A stretch of DNA of 64,000 nucleotides from an uncultured cyanobacterium. Lineage in GTDB: Bacteria; Cyanobacteriota; Cyanobacteriia; Phormidesmidales; Phormidesmidaceae. Made by a program: the position numbers and the translations under genes. The stretch is taken from the NCBI GenBank assembly GCA_963793265.1, contig CAWBZI010000005.1, positions 352,001-416,000 of the forward strand. The letters run 5' to 3'. Below the pieces are notes generated by a model that saw only the letters and a program-made list of their open reading frames with translations, ran no database searches and had not been told where the DNA came from. How positions within the stretch are numbered: position 1 is the first letter of the stretch; each line of letters begins with the position of its first letter. Of this stretch, positions 20,959 through 30,525 are shown piece after piece.

Positions 20959-20972
20959 CCCCTCCAGAGGGG
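20948..20972 (+). repeat. Short dispersed REP-like hairpin
   Basis: CCCACCCCTAGCCCCTCCAGAGGGG overlapping the stop codon, with the same architecture as the element at 34184. Confidence 0.45.
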
Positions 20973-21075
20973 ATTTACTTCGGGCTGTGGTGGTTGAAGC
21001 GATCGCCCCAGCCTCAAAACTTTCTATCCTTGATAGAGCGTCAGTTGGCCACGAGCGTTATTTGAGAAAATTGTT

Positions 21076-22830
21076 GTGGAAAAGCCTGTTAAAAACCGTT
21101 CTAGCTATCGCTATCTTTGGCCTTTTTTGCAGGTAGAGTGGCTGCTGTTTATTAAGACATTTGCCTGTGTATTGGGCTATGTAGCAACCGTTTTAATTCT
21201 GCCTGGATTGGTTGGCAACATTACTGATTACATCGCTGCTGGAGACGTTCGTCAAACCGCCTATTGGCTGGGGCTTGCAGCTATTGACTTTACGGTTCAA
21301 AACATCTTTTTGTATGGCGAGAAGGTAAACGCGATTGGCGCTGCGCAAAATGTAGTGCTGGCCGTACGCAAACGGGTCTATGCAAGCCTGCATAAGATGG
21401 ATATTGACTACTTTGCCAGGGCACAAACCGGCGATTTAGCCTATCGAATTACTGAAGATATTGATAAAGTTGGTGAGGTTGTCACCAAAATGTCTCAGCA
21501 GTTTATCTCGTGCGTTCTACAGATTATAGGTCTAGCCGTTTATATCTTCTTACTAAACTGGAAGCTATCTTTAACCGGCATCATTGTTGCGCCACTGATG
21601 GCTTTGCTAATCAGCTACTTTGGCCAAAGGCAGCTATCACTCTCTCGCCGCAATCAAAACGAAATCTCCAACTTATCTTCTCTCTTGACAGAAGTATTCG
21701 GCAGCATCCGCATAGTGCAAGCCTTTGCCGCTCAGGACTACGAAGTTAAAAGATTTTCACAGGAGGCTGAGAACAACAGAGATGCAAAATACCGGACAGA
21801 GCACCTTACGGCCATTCAATATCCAGTATTGGGCTTTTTTGAAGCACTGTGCATCATGCTGTTGTTTTTGGTAGGGGCCTGGCAGATTTCTGTGGGTGCT
21901 TTGACCGGAGCGGGATTTATCAAGTTCCTCACAGCAGTGGTGCTACTCATTTCTCCCATCGACTTAGCGACGCAGCACTACAACCTGTTCAAGCAAACAG
22001 AGGCGTCTGCTGAGCGCATTTTTGAGCTGATGAATTTGCAGCCGACTTTGGTAGAAAGGTCGGATGCGATCGCCCTCCCCCCCATTACCGGTAAAGTAGA
22101 CTACCAGGGCGTCAGCTTCGGCTATCAATCAGAAGAAAGCAGCACCTTAAAGCTCACCCTCACCGATCTTAATTTGATGGTGACACCTGGCGAAGTCGTA
22201 GCTCTAGTTGGCCCATCCGGTGCAGGCAAAACGACGATTGTGAATCTTCTCACTCGCTTTTACGATCCACAAGTCGGGCAAATACTGGTCGATGGCATCG
22301 ACATTAAAACAGTGACAATTCGAAGTTTGCGCCATCAAATCGGCATCGTACCGCAGGAAACGACGCTTTTTTCAGGCACGATCGCGCAGAATATTGCCTA
22401 CGGCCAAACAGAGCTAGACTACGGCGCGATTGAGGCGGCGGCGAAAGTTGCGAACGCGCATGAGTTTATTAGTCAGTTTTCGCAGGGCTATCACACCTGG
22501 GTCGGAGAAAGAGGGACTAATTTTTCGGGCGGGCAACGGCAGAGAATTGCGATCGCCCGCGCCATTCTCCTTAATCCCCGCATTCTCATCCTCGACGAAG
22601 CCACTAGCGCCCTAGACCCTGAATCAGAAGCCCTTGTACAAGAAGCTCTAGAGCGCGCCATGAAAAATAGAACCGTGTTCATCATTGCGCACAGGCTCAG
22701 CACCGTTCGTCAGGCCGACCGCATTTTGTTTTTAGAGAAAGGCAGAATCTTAGAGTCGGGCACCCACCCTGAACTGCTCGCACAAGGCGGGCGATACGCG
22801 CAGTTTTATACGCAGCAGTTTGAAGGGTAG
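21076..22830 (+). CDS. ABC exporter, fused permease/ATPase (MsbA-like)
   Basis: TM domain followed by GPSGAGKT Walker A, FSGGQRQR signature and ILILDEATS Walker B. Confidence 0.95.
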   Translation: MEKPVKNRSSYRYLWPFLQVEWLLFIKTFACVLGYVATVLILPGLVGNITDYIAAGDVRQTAYWLGLAAIDFTVQNIFLYGEKVNAIGAAQNVVLAVRKRVYASLHKMDIDYFARAQTGDLAYRITEDIDKVGEVVTKMSQQFISCVLQIIGLAVYIFLLNWKLSLTGIIVAPLMALLISYFGQRQLSLSRRNQNEISNLSSLLTEVFGSIRIVQAFAAQDYEVKRFSQEAENNRDAKYRTEHLTAIQYPVLGFFEALCIMLLFLVGAWQISVGALTGAGFIKFLTAVVLLISPIDLATQHYNLFKQTEASAERIFELMNLQPTLVERSDAIALPPITGKVDYQGVSFGYQSEESSTLKLTLTDLNLMVTPGEVVALVGPSGAGKTTIVNLLTRFYDPQVGQILVDGIDIKTVTIRSLRHQIGIVPQETTLFSGTIAQNIAYGQTELDYGAIEAAAKVANAHEFISQFSQGYHTWVGERGTNFSGGQRQRIAIARAILLNPRILILDEATSALDPESEALVQEALERAMKNRTVFIIAHRLSTVRQADRILFLEKGRILESGTHPELLAQGGRYAQFYTQQFEG

Positions 22831-22981
22831 CAGGCGAGTAGACAAAAGAAAACCGACGTTGCATCATGCGGCTAGACACTGGGGCAACGTCGGAACAAGG
22901 TGTGAGGAGCTTATCACTCCTGTTATTTATGGTGAAGGGTGGGTGTGACTTTTATATGACAGACGTATGAAATTAGCGTGA

Positions 22982-23875
22982 CTAATGCAGCATCTTAAAT
23001 AGGGTAAAGCCCGCTAAGAGCAAATCAATGCTGAATAGGGCAACCCAGGCCGTGACGACCGCAGCAGTAGCCGATTCACCGACACCGCGCCCGTGCAGCG
23101 CCGCCGTCAGCCCTCGGCTACAGCTCGCAACGGCAATGACGCCACCAAACAAAATGGCTTTGGAGATAATCACGATTACGTCTGTCACACTCAGATAAAG
23201 GCGCACACCGTCTAAAAAGCTAGTCACAGAGAGATCGTAGACATTGGTCGTGATGATACTGCCGCCCGCTACGCCACAAAATAGCGCGAGCACGGTCAAA
23301 ATTGGCAGCATGATACCGCAGGCAATCACCCGAGGCATTACTAAGTAATCAATCGGATCGGTACGAAGCATTTTCAGCGCATCGATTTGCTGCGTTAGCT
23401 TCATCGTTGCAATCTCAGCGGCAAAAGCCGAGCCGACCTGACAGGCCAGCACGCCCGCCGTAAGCAGTGGCGCTAGCTCCCGACAGTAAGCAGCGGCAAA
23501 CACTCCACCCAAAGAGCCCATCGAGCCAAACCGCGCCATCTCACGCGCTGACTGAATTGCAAAAATAATGCCCGCAGCGACGTTAGTCAGCACGACCGGC
23601 GCTAAGCAACGCGGCCCGGCGCTCATCAGGTGATCCATAATCTGGCGCTGCCCCCAACGTCCGCGCAAAAGCCGGTGCATCACCTGCCCCGCCAGCAAAA
23701 CGGCTCTCAGGCTGTGATAGATCGGATTGTCCGCTTCTTCACCAGGAGGCCGACGCCCTAGCCGAGGATGGGGCAAGTTGCCATGGGCGGAACGTCTCAA
23801 CAGCTTGGAAAGTCTGTTAGAAATGAGTTCATCAGCTTTAGTCATTAAAACGAACACGCTCCTCTGCGATGCCAA
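22982..23875 (-). CDS. MlaE/Ycf63-family ABC permease (start uncertain)
   Basis: RELAPLLTA, GSAFAAEIATMK..QIDAL, DPIDYLVMPR and GVGESAT motifs. Confidence 0.9.
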   Translation of the reverse strand: MASQRSVFVLMTKADELISNRLSKLLRRSAHGNLPHPRLGRRPPGEEADNPIYHSLRAVLLAGQVMHRLLRGRWGQRQIMDHLMSAGPRCLAPVVLTNVAAGIIFAIQSAREMARFGSMGSLGGVFAAAYCRELAPLLTAGVLACQVGSAFAAEIATMKLTQQIDALKMLRTDPIDYLVMPRVIACGIMLPILTVLALFCGVAGGSIITTNVYDLSVTSFLDGVRLYLSVTDVIVIISKAILFGGVIAVASCSRGLTAALHGRGVGESATAAVVTAWVALFSIDLLLAGFTLFKMLH

Positions 23876-24281
23876 CCTTAGCCACTAATGTTACTACTGC
23901 GAGTATTACTAAAAAGTGCATGAAGTAGCCCGTACTCGTTATCTATATCTTAGAGAACCCTACACACCTGCACTCATCAAAAGTTCGACCCCTTACCCAG
24001 TGGGAGAAAAGCGCCGACAGAAGCACAGAGATGTAGCCATATAGGTATACCTTCTCTATGCTTCCCTTTGCATTCTTCAGAGTCAAAATACTTGATGGTA
24101 GCTGCTTAAAAAGTTGCCTGCGGCTAACTGTACTATCAGAGGCACTAGAGGTGCTGATATCAACCTATCGTACTAAGTTGAATTAATTAGTTGCTTATGC
24201 ACTACTTTTATAGTACATTTGTACCAAGAACGAAAAAGAACCGCTTTTCGGTACTTTTACGCTTTGATTGCGTTTTTGGTT

Positions 24282-25400
24282 ATGAAACACACTGATATGG
24301 AACTTCAGGCTATTCGAGAAAAACTACAGATGCTTCAAGCAGAGCCTCCGGCTGCGGAGACGCTCACAATCCCGTGGTCAGCAGCGAAAGCTGAGACTAG
24401 CACCGAAGTAAACGCTAGCGAGAGCCCACAAGTAATAGCCATCGAAACCCTTAAGCAGCGATCGCGTGGCGGTGATCAGGCTGACAAGGCTCGAATGGAC
24501 TACTTAGTCTTGCAAGAGCTGTCTCGAATAGAAGCGCAGGCCAGCCATATTAATGAGCGATCGCAGCAGCAGGCCAGAGATATCATGGCGCTGAAGCGTT
24601 CGGCTCAGGCGGCAGCGGTAGGGCTGCGGCGACAGGGCATTCATGACCACCCGCAGCTTGCAGCTATCACCCAGTTTTTAGATCGCTATGAGTCTGCATC
24701 TGTTCCCCATATCGAGCGCAATGAGCAGGGCCTTTTCGATCTCTTTTACAACACGATTGACTTTCACCAGGCAGAGCATGAAGCAATAGATACTGCTAAT
24801 GCTTTGCGCAGTCGTAGGCGCATTTATCAAACACTGCCTTTCACACAGCCTATCAAATCTAGTACTGCAGATCTATCTCTAGCAGAGCCTAGCGTTAGCG
24901 ATCACAGCGACAAAGAAGCCTCTAAAGACAAGCAGTCCAGACACACAGGAAACAAGCTAGGCCAATCGATTCCGACTTCGAGCGCATGGATTAAAGCAAC
25001 CTTTGAGGGTGTTATGAGTACCGTCAATTCACGAAGTTTCAATCCGATTGGAAAAATGACTAAGAGTAGACGACACAGACGTAGACGACCTGTGCCCATA
25101 CCGCCGGGTGAAGCGTTTAGCGCTGATTCATCAGTAGGTCACTATCCGGGTAACGCCTATAGCAGTCAATTCACCTGGCTAGACGGCACTATTTGGTTCA
25201 GTGGAGCAGCGATCGCTCGCATCATTGTTCAATCTTTGCTGTCTGGGTTCCCCATGGTTGAGACAGCCCTGCTTGTTGGCCTTATTAGCGTTATTGCCTT
25301 TGCCCTCTACCGAGTGGTCATCGAAAAATCTCCTAATTATACGCTGGTGTATCGGCTATGTATTGGCATGATGGGATTGTTCTTAGGCGGTTTGTTTTAG
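24282..25400 (+). CDS. Hypothetical protein: coiled-coil N-terminus, C-terminal membrane segments
   Basis: Long ORF with three hydrophobic segments at the C-terminus. Start moved to ATG 24282. Confidence 0.75.
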   Translation: MKHTDMELQAIREKLQMLQAEPPAAETLTIPWSAAKAETSTEVNASESPQVIAIETLKQRSRGGDQADKARMDYLVLQELSRIEAQASHINERSQQQARDIMALKRSAQAAAVGLRRQGIHDHPQLAAITQFLDRYESASVPHIERNEQGLFDLFYNTIDFHQAEHEAIDTANALRSRRRIYQTLPFTQPIKSSTADLSLAEPSVSDHSDKEASKDKQSRHTGNKLGQSIPTSSAWIKATFEGVMSTVNSRSFNPIGKMTKSRRHRRRRPVPIPPGEAFSADSSVGHYPGNAYSSQFTWLDGTIWFSGAAIARIIVQSLLSGFPMVETALLVGLISVIAFALYRVVIEKSPNYTLVYRLCIGMMGLFLGGLF

Positions 25401-25406
25401 CATCAG

Positions 25407-25428
25407 AAAAATTCAACAAAAATTCAAC
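25407..25428. repeat. 11-bp tandem duplication
   Basis: AAAAATTCAAC x2 in the intergenic region. Confidence 0.7.
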
Positions 25429-25457
25429 AATATATAATTTAAGAAGGAGGTTCTCAT

Positions 25458-25901
25458 ATGGCTATATCTAGCTCTGTTCAAGATTCTATTAAGCCGCTGA
25501 TTAAGCCTTTGCTAGCTGGCGGCCTCATGTTCTCACTGATCACTATCTTGCTAGACATCAACGGCGCTAAATCGCTGTTCAACAATCCTGCTTTGTTTGC
25601 TAACTTTTCTGTGCAAAAGAGTTCGATGGAGTCTCTGGCAAAGTCTTGTGAAGGCACTATCAATAAAACGGCTCAGCTTTCGCGAGAGCAGCTACTACAG
25701 CTATTAGCCGTACCCGAGCGCAGCAGCGCGTCGAAAGCGCGTCAAATTCTAAAAGAGCCTTACTGTCAGCTTTCTACACTACAGGTTCGGGCTGGTGCAG
25801 CGTCGCAAAGAGAGGCTTATCCTCTCGCTTTTGACCCGACAACCGCGCTGGTGATCCTTTATGAGAACGATGAATATGCAGGCTATCGTTTTAAGTACTA
25901 A
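25458..25901 (+). CDS. Hypothetical membrane-anchored exported protein
   Basis: AAGGAGG ribosome-binding site, N-terminal hydrophobic helix, two Cys, EAYPLAFDP motif. Confidence 0.8.
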   Translation: MAISSSVQDSIKPLIKPLLAGGLMFSLITILLDINGAKSLFNNPALFANFSVQKSSMESLAKSCEGTINKTAQLSREQLLQLLAVPERSSASKARQILKEPYCQLSTLQVRAGAASQREAYPLAFDPTTALVILYENDEYAGYRFKY

Positions 25902-25917
25902 TTTGTCTGAGGTGCCA

Positions 25918-26385
25918 ATGGGTTTGTGGCGATCGCGACATCTCATCAGCACCTTCTCTCTGCTGGTTATCAGCGTTTTGCTCAGTAGTTGCAAAGCCAG
26001 ATTAGACCCAGCAGTAAGATCTATCACGCTTCAGCAGCATTGGGCGTTGAACCCTGGTGATGAAATCGCCGGTAGTGCTGTAACCGGCAGCTTAGGCGAT
26101 ATCTCATTACAGCTAAAGAAGAACAAAATAGAAGCACCTTTCGACGGCGAGCTTGAGCCCAGTGCTATCGAGCAGTGCGCGCTGTATTCTACCCCAGAAA
26201 TTCCAGCCTACCTATTTAGATTGTGTGGGCTTAAAAGCTTCACCTATGGCACTGTGAAAGCTGGTAAGCCAATGGGGAAAGGAGACTATCTAAGCTTTGC
26301 CACGCTAAGACGACAGCCTGACGGCACCTGGACAATTGTAGAACCGGCTGAAAGCGTTTTGGAAAAAGTACTCGGCGCGAGCTGA
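25918..26385 (+). CDS. Predicted lipoprotein, possibly a degenerate M23/hybrid-motif fold
   Basis: GAGG ribosome-binding site before ATG 25918; LLSSC lipobox; IEAPFDGEL and GTVKAGKPMG segments. Confidence 0.7.
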   Translation: MGLWRSRHLISTFSLLVISVLLSSCKARLDPAVRSITLQQHWALNPGDEIAGSAVTGSLGDISLQLKKNKIEAPFDGELEPSAIEQCALYSTPEIPAYLFRLCGLKSFTYGTVKAGKPMGKGDYLSFATLRRQPDGTWTIVEPAESVLEKVLGAS

Positions 26386-26433
26386 GCTGATACAAATTGT
26401 TTTATCTATTCAAACCTCACCTTATACAGGACG

Positions 26434-27903
26434 ATGTTGAAATTCCCCCTGCTTTTTTCAGTTAGTTTAGTGGCCTTGTTTGGCTGGATAAATCCTGCTA
26501 AGGCAAAAGGAGAACCCATGGGACTTAACTTTGCCTTACCGCCTGCGGGAGAAGTATCAACTGACCAGGAGCCTACTGTTCAGGAACTAACCGTGCCAGA
26601 GTCAACTGTTCAGGCGGTTGACTTGGTACGGGTCAGTGAGACGCTGCCGCCTTTGATGAACATAGCGCAGGTAAAAGAAGCAGAAGTTAAGGTTGTAGAT
26701 GTTGCATCAGAAGTCTTTGAGGTAGAGGAACCTACAGAGATAAAAAAGATTGGCTTACAGTTCTCTGAAGACTCGCTACAGATGCCGGTAGAACAAAAAG
26801 AAGAACAAACGGCTTCTTTGTTCGAAGACGGTACTTTTATAGGGCTCTCTTTTGGTGAGGATTTGGTTTCGAGGGATAGAACTTTGGAAGCAGATAGGGC
26901 GATCGCAACACCCATCACGAGCCAAGAAGCTTGGACTGGGTTAGACGATTGGATCTTTGAAGGGGGATCGCGATCGCTCGTCGCCCATACGGTCGGCAGC
27001 GCTGAAGGCACCAGGCGGTGGAATGGCGATCGCACTCAAGCCTACTACGGTCATGTTGATCCGGGTAATGGCGTGTGGAACTTAGGCACATTTTCTTATC
27101 AGCACGGGGCCAAATCGCCAGAAGAAGCTGACGAAAAGCAGATCAGGCGGCTTAAGTCTCAGAGCTTTGAGCTAGTAGAAAAGGCCGATCAGCAGGGACT
27201 AAAGCTCTCTTTGACTGAGAAACTAAACGGGATAGACCTAGCAAATCAGGCTCCGGTGGCCGCACTAGGAAAAGGCGGCTATGTGGAGCGGCTGGCAGAA
27301 GCTTATGAGTCCAATATGCATGGGGAGGAGGCGATCGCCTTTGCTAGAACTAAAGCCTATATCGACCCCGATACGAAGCGATGGGATGCGCCTGGCCTTG
27401 GTAACAATCTGTACAGCATTCGTCAAGATCAGCAGCGGCGGATGTCGGCAATTGATAGTGCCTTGCAAGCTTATGAGCGGGCTGGGAGCGATCGCCTAGC
27501 GGTATCGAATCTGGAGCGCATCAGCGTAGAAAGCTCTAATCCAAGCGAGATGGCAGTACTCAACGAAGATAGCGTAGCCGTAACATTCGCACTGCCGCCT
27601 GCACCTGCGGTCACGTCAGAACCAAGCACTTTAGAGCCAGTTGTAGCGACAGAGGGTGGTGCCCTAGACGACATTGGAGAAACGAGCCTATCGGATTCGA
27701 TACCTGAACCAGTTAGTGAAGCTGCTGAAAGTGAAGCAATTAACCGCGAGGCGGCTACACCTAGCCGGTTAAGCGAGCTGAGAGCTTCAGTACTCAAGCC
27801 GGTCGAGCCCGCAGCTCGTGAGCTTGTAGCGGACTCAAACGCTGACTGGTCACGGACAGAAGACAAAATAGTCAACAAAAATGAGTCAATAGACAATTTC
27901 TGA
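26434..27903 (+). CDS. Exported hypothetical protein with a central, possibly lysozyme-like domain
   Basis: Signal peptide (PAKA); globular core AEGT...YYGHVDPGNGVWNLGTFSYQH flanked by acidic low-complexity arms. Confidence 0.75.
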   Translation: MLKFPLLFSVSLVALFGWINPAKAKGEPMGLNFALPPAGEVSTDQEPTVQELTVPESTVQAVDLVRVSETLPPLMNIAQVKEAEVKVVDVASEVFEVEEPTEIKKIGLQFSEDSLQMPVEQKEEQTASLFEDGTFIGLSFGEDLVSRDRTLEADRAIATPITSQEAWTGLDDWIFEGGSRSLVAHTVGSAEGTRRWNGDRTQAYYGHVDPGNGVWNLGTFSYQHGAKSPEEADEKQIRRLKSQSFELVEKADQQGLKLSLTEKLNGIDLANQAPVAALGKGGYVERLAEAYESNMHGEEAIAFARTKAYIDPDTKRWDAPGLGNNLYSIRQDQQRRMSAIDSALQAYERAGSDRLAVSNLERISVESSNPSEMAVLNEDSVAVTFALPPAPAVTSEPSTLEPVVATEGGALDDIGETSLSDSIPEPVSEAAESEAINREAATPSRLSELRASVLKPVEPAARELVADSNADWSRTEDKIVNKNESIDNF

Positions 27904-27955
27904 ATGTTCGAGCTAAAGTGGTAGTGACTATGGATAACAAACTGCGCCGCATACC

Positions 27956-28423
27956 ATGCAACCTTTAGCTGATACCGTCTCGCCAATTGAATCATTCGAG
28001 GATGCGATCGAGCGGTGCCAGTCGTTGGGAATGCGATTGAGCAAGCAGCGGCGATATATTTTAGAGCTTTTGTGGCAGGTTCAAGAGCATCTGTCGGCTC
28101 GTGATATATATGATCGGCTGAATCGTTTGGGCCGAGAGATCGGACATACCTCGGTTTATCAAAACTTAGAGGCGCTTTCTGAGCAGGGCATTATTGAATG
28201 CGTGGAGCGCTCGGATGGCAGGCTGTACGGGCACATCAGCTCGTCGCATAGTCATGTGAACTGCATGGATACGCAGCAGATTATTGATATTAACATTGAG
28301 CTACCGGCAGAGCTGATTGCGCAGGTAGAGGCTCAAACGGGTGTGAAAGTTTCGGACTATCGGATTGATTTTTTTGGGACTAAAGCTGGTGACCCGGCTG
28401 TGGTTGAGGCGGCGACTAGTTAG
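27956..28423 (+). CDS. furC: Fur-family regulator, cyanobacterial FurC/PerR type
   Basis: EHLSARDIYDRL, IGHTSVYQNLEAL and HSHVNC motifs; no CxxC pairs, as in FurC. Confidence 0.85.
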   Translation: MQPLADTVSPIESFEDAIERCQSLGMRLSKQRRYILELLWQVQEHLSARDIYDRLNRLGREIGHTSVYQNLEALSEQGIIECVERSDGRLYGHISSSHSHVNCMDTQQIIDINIELPAELIAQVEAQTGVKVSDYRIDFFGTKAGDPAVVEAATS

Positions 28424-28438
28424 TAGCTTTAGTTATTA

Positions 28439-28600
28439 GGGAGCTGCGCTCAAATAAAGTACCGGCAAACCGACAAATATTGCCCTGGGCATAGCGTGCT
28501 AAGCCCCTACGTCACCGTCAATTTCTGTAGGGGCTTAGCACTGCTATGCCCGAGGCAATGAACAGCGCTATCAGCGGTACTTTATTTAGACGCATGTCCC
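28439..28600. mobile_element. MITE-like 162-bp element with an internal REP-like inverted repeat
   Basis: Imperfect terminal IRs GGGAGCTGCGCTCAAATAAAGTACCG / CGGTACTTTATTTAGACGCATGTCCC, flanked by TTA on both sides; inner IR at 28479-28510 / 28527-28559. Confidence 0.75.
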
Positions 28601-28620
28601 TTAGTACGCTTTATACAAGA

Positions 28621-28663
28621 AAACCCGAGCAACCTTCTCGAAAGAGATCTGTTGCTCGGGTTT
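28621..28663. terminator. Bidirectional terminator hairpin
   Basis: Perfect 13-bp stem AAACCCGAGCAAC...GTTGCTCGGGTTT between convergent furC and the small ORF. Confidence 0.7.
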
Positions 28664-28692
28664 ATTAGTTAATAGCATTCGGCTGAGCCGAT

Positions 28693-28767
28693 CTAACTGT
28701 TCAGTACTTCTTTGCTAAAGACAAATAACACTGCGCCAAACATCAAAATAGCGAAGATAGGATCCAT
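28693..28767 (-). CDS. Putative 24-aa single-TM small protein MDPIFAILMFGAVLFVFSKEVLNS
   Basis: ATG 28767 to TAG 28693, one hydrophobic helix, terminator 30 bp downstream. Below the ORF-track size cutoff. Confidence 0.55.
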   Translation of the reverse strand: MDPIFAILMFGAVLFVFSKEVLNS

Positions 28768-28942
28768 GGTCTTTCACTTGCAAAATCGACAACGGTAGGC
28801 ATATAGCACAACTACACCTGAGACATAGCACGCTACCAATACCTGTACTAACGTACCCCGATTTTGAATCGACTGAATGCCTCTAAGATAACCGTTTCAT
28901 CAAGGTTTCTTGATGTTTGTGTGAGGCACAGGCGAGCAGTAT

Positions 28943-30079
28943 CTAGCTCCGAATCTGTACTGGCATGACTAAATACGTCATCTTAGTACCGCCTAACGGC
29001 GTTAGTACAGAAGGACTTGTCGCCGTATTGCACTGAATTTGAATCTCAGAAGTGGGCAATGCTTTGAGCCCTTCTAGCAAATAGCGCACGTTAAAAGCAA
29101 TATCCAAATCTTCGCCTGTGATTTGAGCAGGCATTGTCTCAAGCCCGCTACCCACCTCTTGCGCCTCTACAGATAGCGCTAGCGACTGGGTTTCGTTAGC
29201 CACGGAGAGCTTGACAATGTTATTGCGCTGGTCGGCCATCACAGCAATCCGCTCTAGCGAAGACACAAGCTGCTTGCGATCAACCGTAAGCTGTCGCTCG
29301 AACTGCTTGGGAATAAGCTGTCGGTAGTTGGGATATTGACCTTCTAACAGCCTTGTGGTGATGCGCTGCTGGCCCAAATCAAAGACGACTTGGGTTGAGT
29401 CGAGCTGAAAGGCGACTGGCTCGTTGCTAGGGTAGATTTGCAGAATTCGCTCCAGCTCGCGGAGAGCTTTGCCTGGAATCGTCACGTCCATTTTGAGCGT
29501 AGAAGCAGCGCCTCCGGCTTCATCAACCGTTTGCACTACTGCCAATCTATGACCGTCTGTCGCCGCAAATTCTAAGCTCTCATCATCAGCCGTTAGATGA
29601 ACGCCTGTTAGCACCTGCTTAGTTTCATCAGAGCTAGTAGCAAATAAAGCGCCCCGTAGCCCTTCAATCAATGCGTCGGCAGACACTTTAATCGGCTCAC
29701 TCGTTTCTACCTCAGGGAGCTTGGGATAGTCTTCGGCGCTCAGGCCCCGCACCTGATAGCGACCGGCTGAGCAAGAGAGCGTGACTACTGGCTCATCATC
29801 GTCTTCGCTAATATCGAGTTCTTCGTTGGGCAATCGGGAGACGATATCGCCTAAAAGCTTGGCTGGCAGTGTCAGCGATCCACTTTGGTGAACCTGCGCG
29901 GTAAACGTGGTTTGAATGCCCAGGGTTTCGTCAAATCCAGTTAGGGTTACTTGCTGCGTATCTGTGCTGGCGCTGACTAACACGTTGCCTAAAACCGGCT
30001 TGCTGGGCCTAGAAGGGACTGCCCGGCTCACTAGCGAAAACTGGGTGCTAAATTCGGCCTGCGGGCAGCTAAATTTCAT
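28943..30079 (-). CDS. dnaN: DNA polymerase III beta sliding clamp
   Basis: AATDGHRLA, LLEGQYPNY, IAFNVRYL and YLVMPVQIR motifs; next to dnaA. Confidence 0.98.
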   Translation of the reverse strand: MKFSCPQAEFSTQFSLVSRAVPSRPSKPVLGNVLVSASTDTQQVTLTGFDETLGIQTTFTAQVHQSGSLTLPAKLLGDIVSRLPNEELDISEDDDEPVVTLSCSAGRYQVRGLSAEDYPKLPEVETSEPIKVSADALIEGLRGALFATSSDETKQVLTGVHLTADDESLEFAATDGHRLAVVQTVDEAGGAASTLKMDVTIPGKALRELERILQIYPSNEPVAFQLDSTQVVFDLGQQRITTRLLEGQYPNYRQLIPKQFERQLTVDRKQLVSSLERIAVMADQRNNIVKLSVANETQSLALSVEAQEVGSGLETMPAQITGEDLDIAFNVRYLLEGLKALPTSEIQIQCNTATSPSVLTPLGGTKMTYLVMPVQIRS

Positions 30080-30102
30080 CGGGATCTAAATTTCATCGGG
30101 AT
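30069..30102. repeat. 17-bp perfect tandem duplication across the dnaN start codon
   Basis: CTAAATTTCATCGGGAT at 30069-30085 and 30086-30102. Confidence 0.9.
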
Positions 30103-30227
30103 GAGGAGTGAAGGGCATCGCTAGAGAGCGAACCTTTGAGAAACTGACCTGAGTTGCCAAATATATCACCTAACTGACCCTGGTCAAGCGGGCTAAAAAT
30201 TCATTCTTTTTGAACTACTCTGGACTC

Positions 30228-30476
30228 TTTCTTTTTAAAAAGCTTATTTAAAAGTAGTAGTAGTAGAGCCTGTGGAAAATGTGGAAAACTCGACTTTTTT
30301 CCTAATATATGGTCATCCTAGCCATTTCTAGACTGTGGAAAACCTGTGGAAAAAGTCCCGAGTTTTCCACAGGCTCAGAAATGTGGAAAAAGTTTTCCAC
30401 AAGGGCCCCAAAGTTTTCCACAATTTCTCCACAAAAGGGAAGGGGGTTTTCCACAGAAAAAGGGGGTTTTTCCACA
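30228..30476. promoter_or_regulatory. oriC: Chromosomal replication origin oriC
   Basis: Ten perfect cyanobacterial DnaA boxes TTTTCCACA/TGTGGAAAA (30271, 30280, 30334, 30345, 30363, 30382, 30393, 30414, 30447, 30468), one 1-mismatch box (30425), (TAG)4 trios at 30255-30266 and an adjacent AT-rich tract, all between dnaA and dnaN. Confidence 0.93.
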
Positions 30477-30525
30477 GGCAATCCCCCTATGTTTTGTAAT
30501 ATTTCTTTACTCTATTTCGGCAAGA

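Noticed and set aside
30271..30476. Repeated TTTTCCACA units as a CRISPR array, and ORFs 30309-30599 and 30346-30621
   Set aside because: The units are 9-bp boxes in both orientations with irregular spacing, i.e. DnaA boxes. The ORFs are chance translations of oriC.
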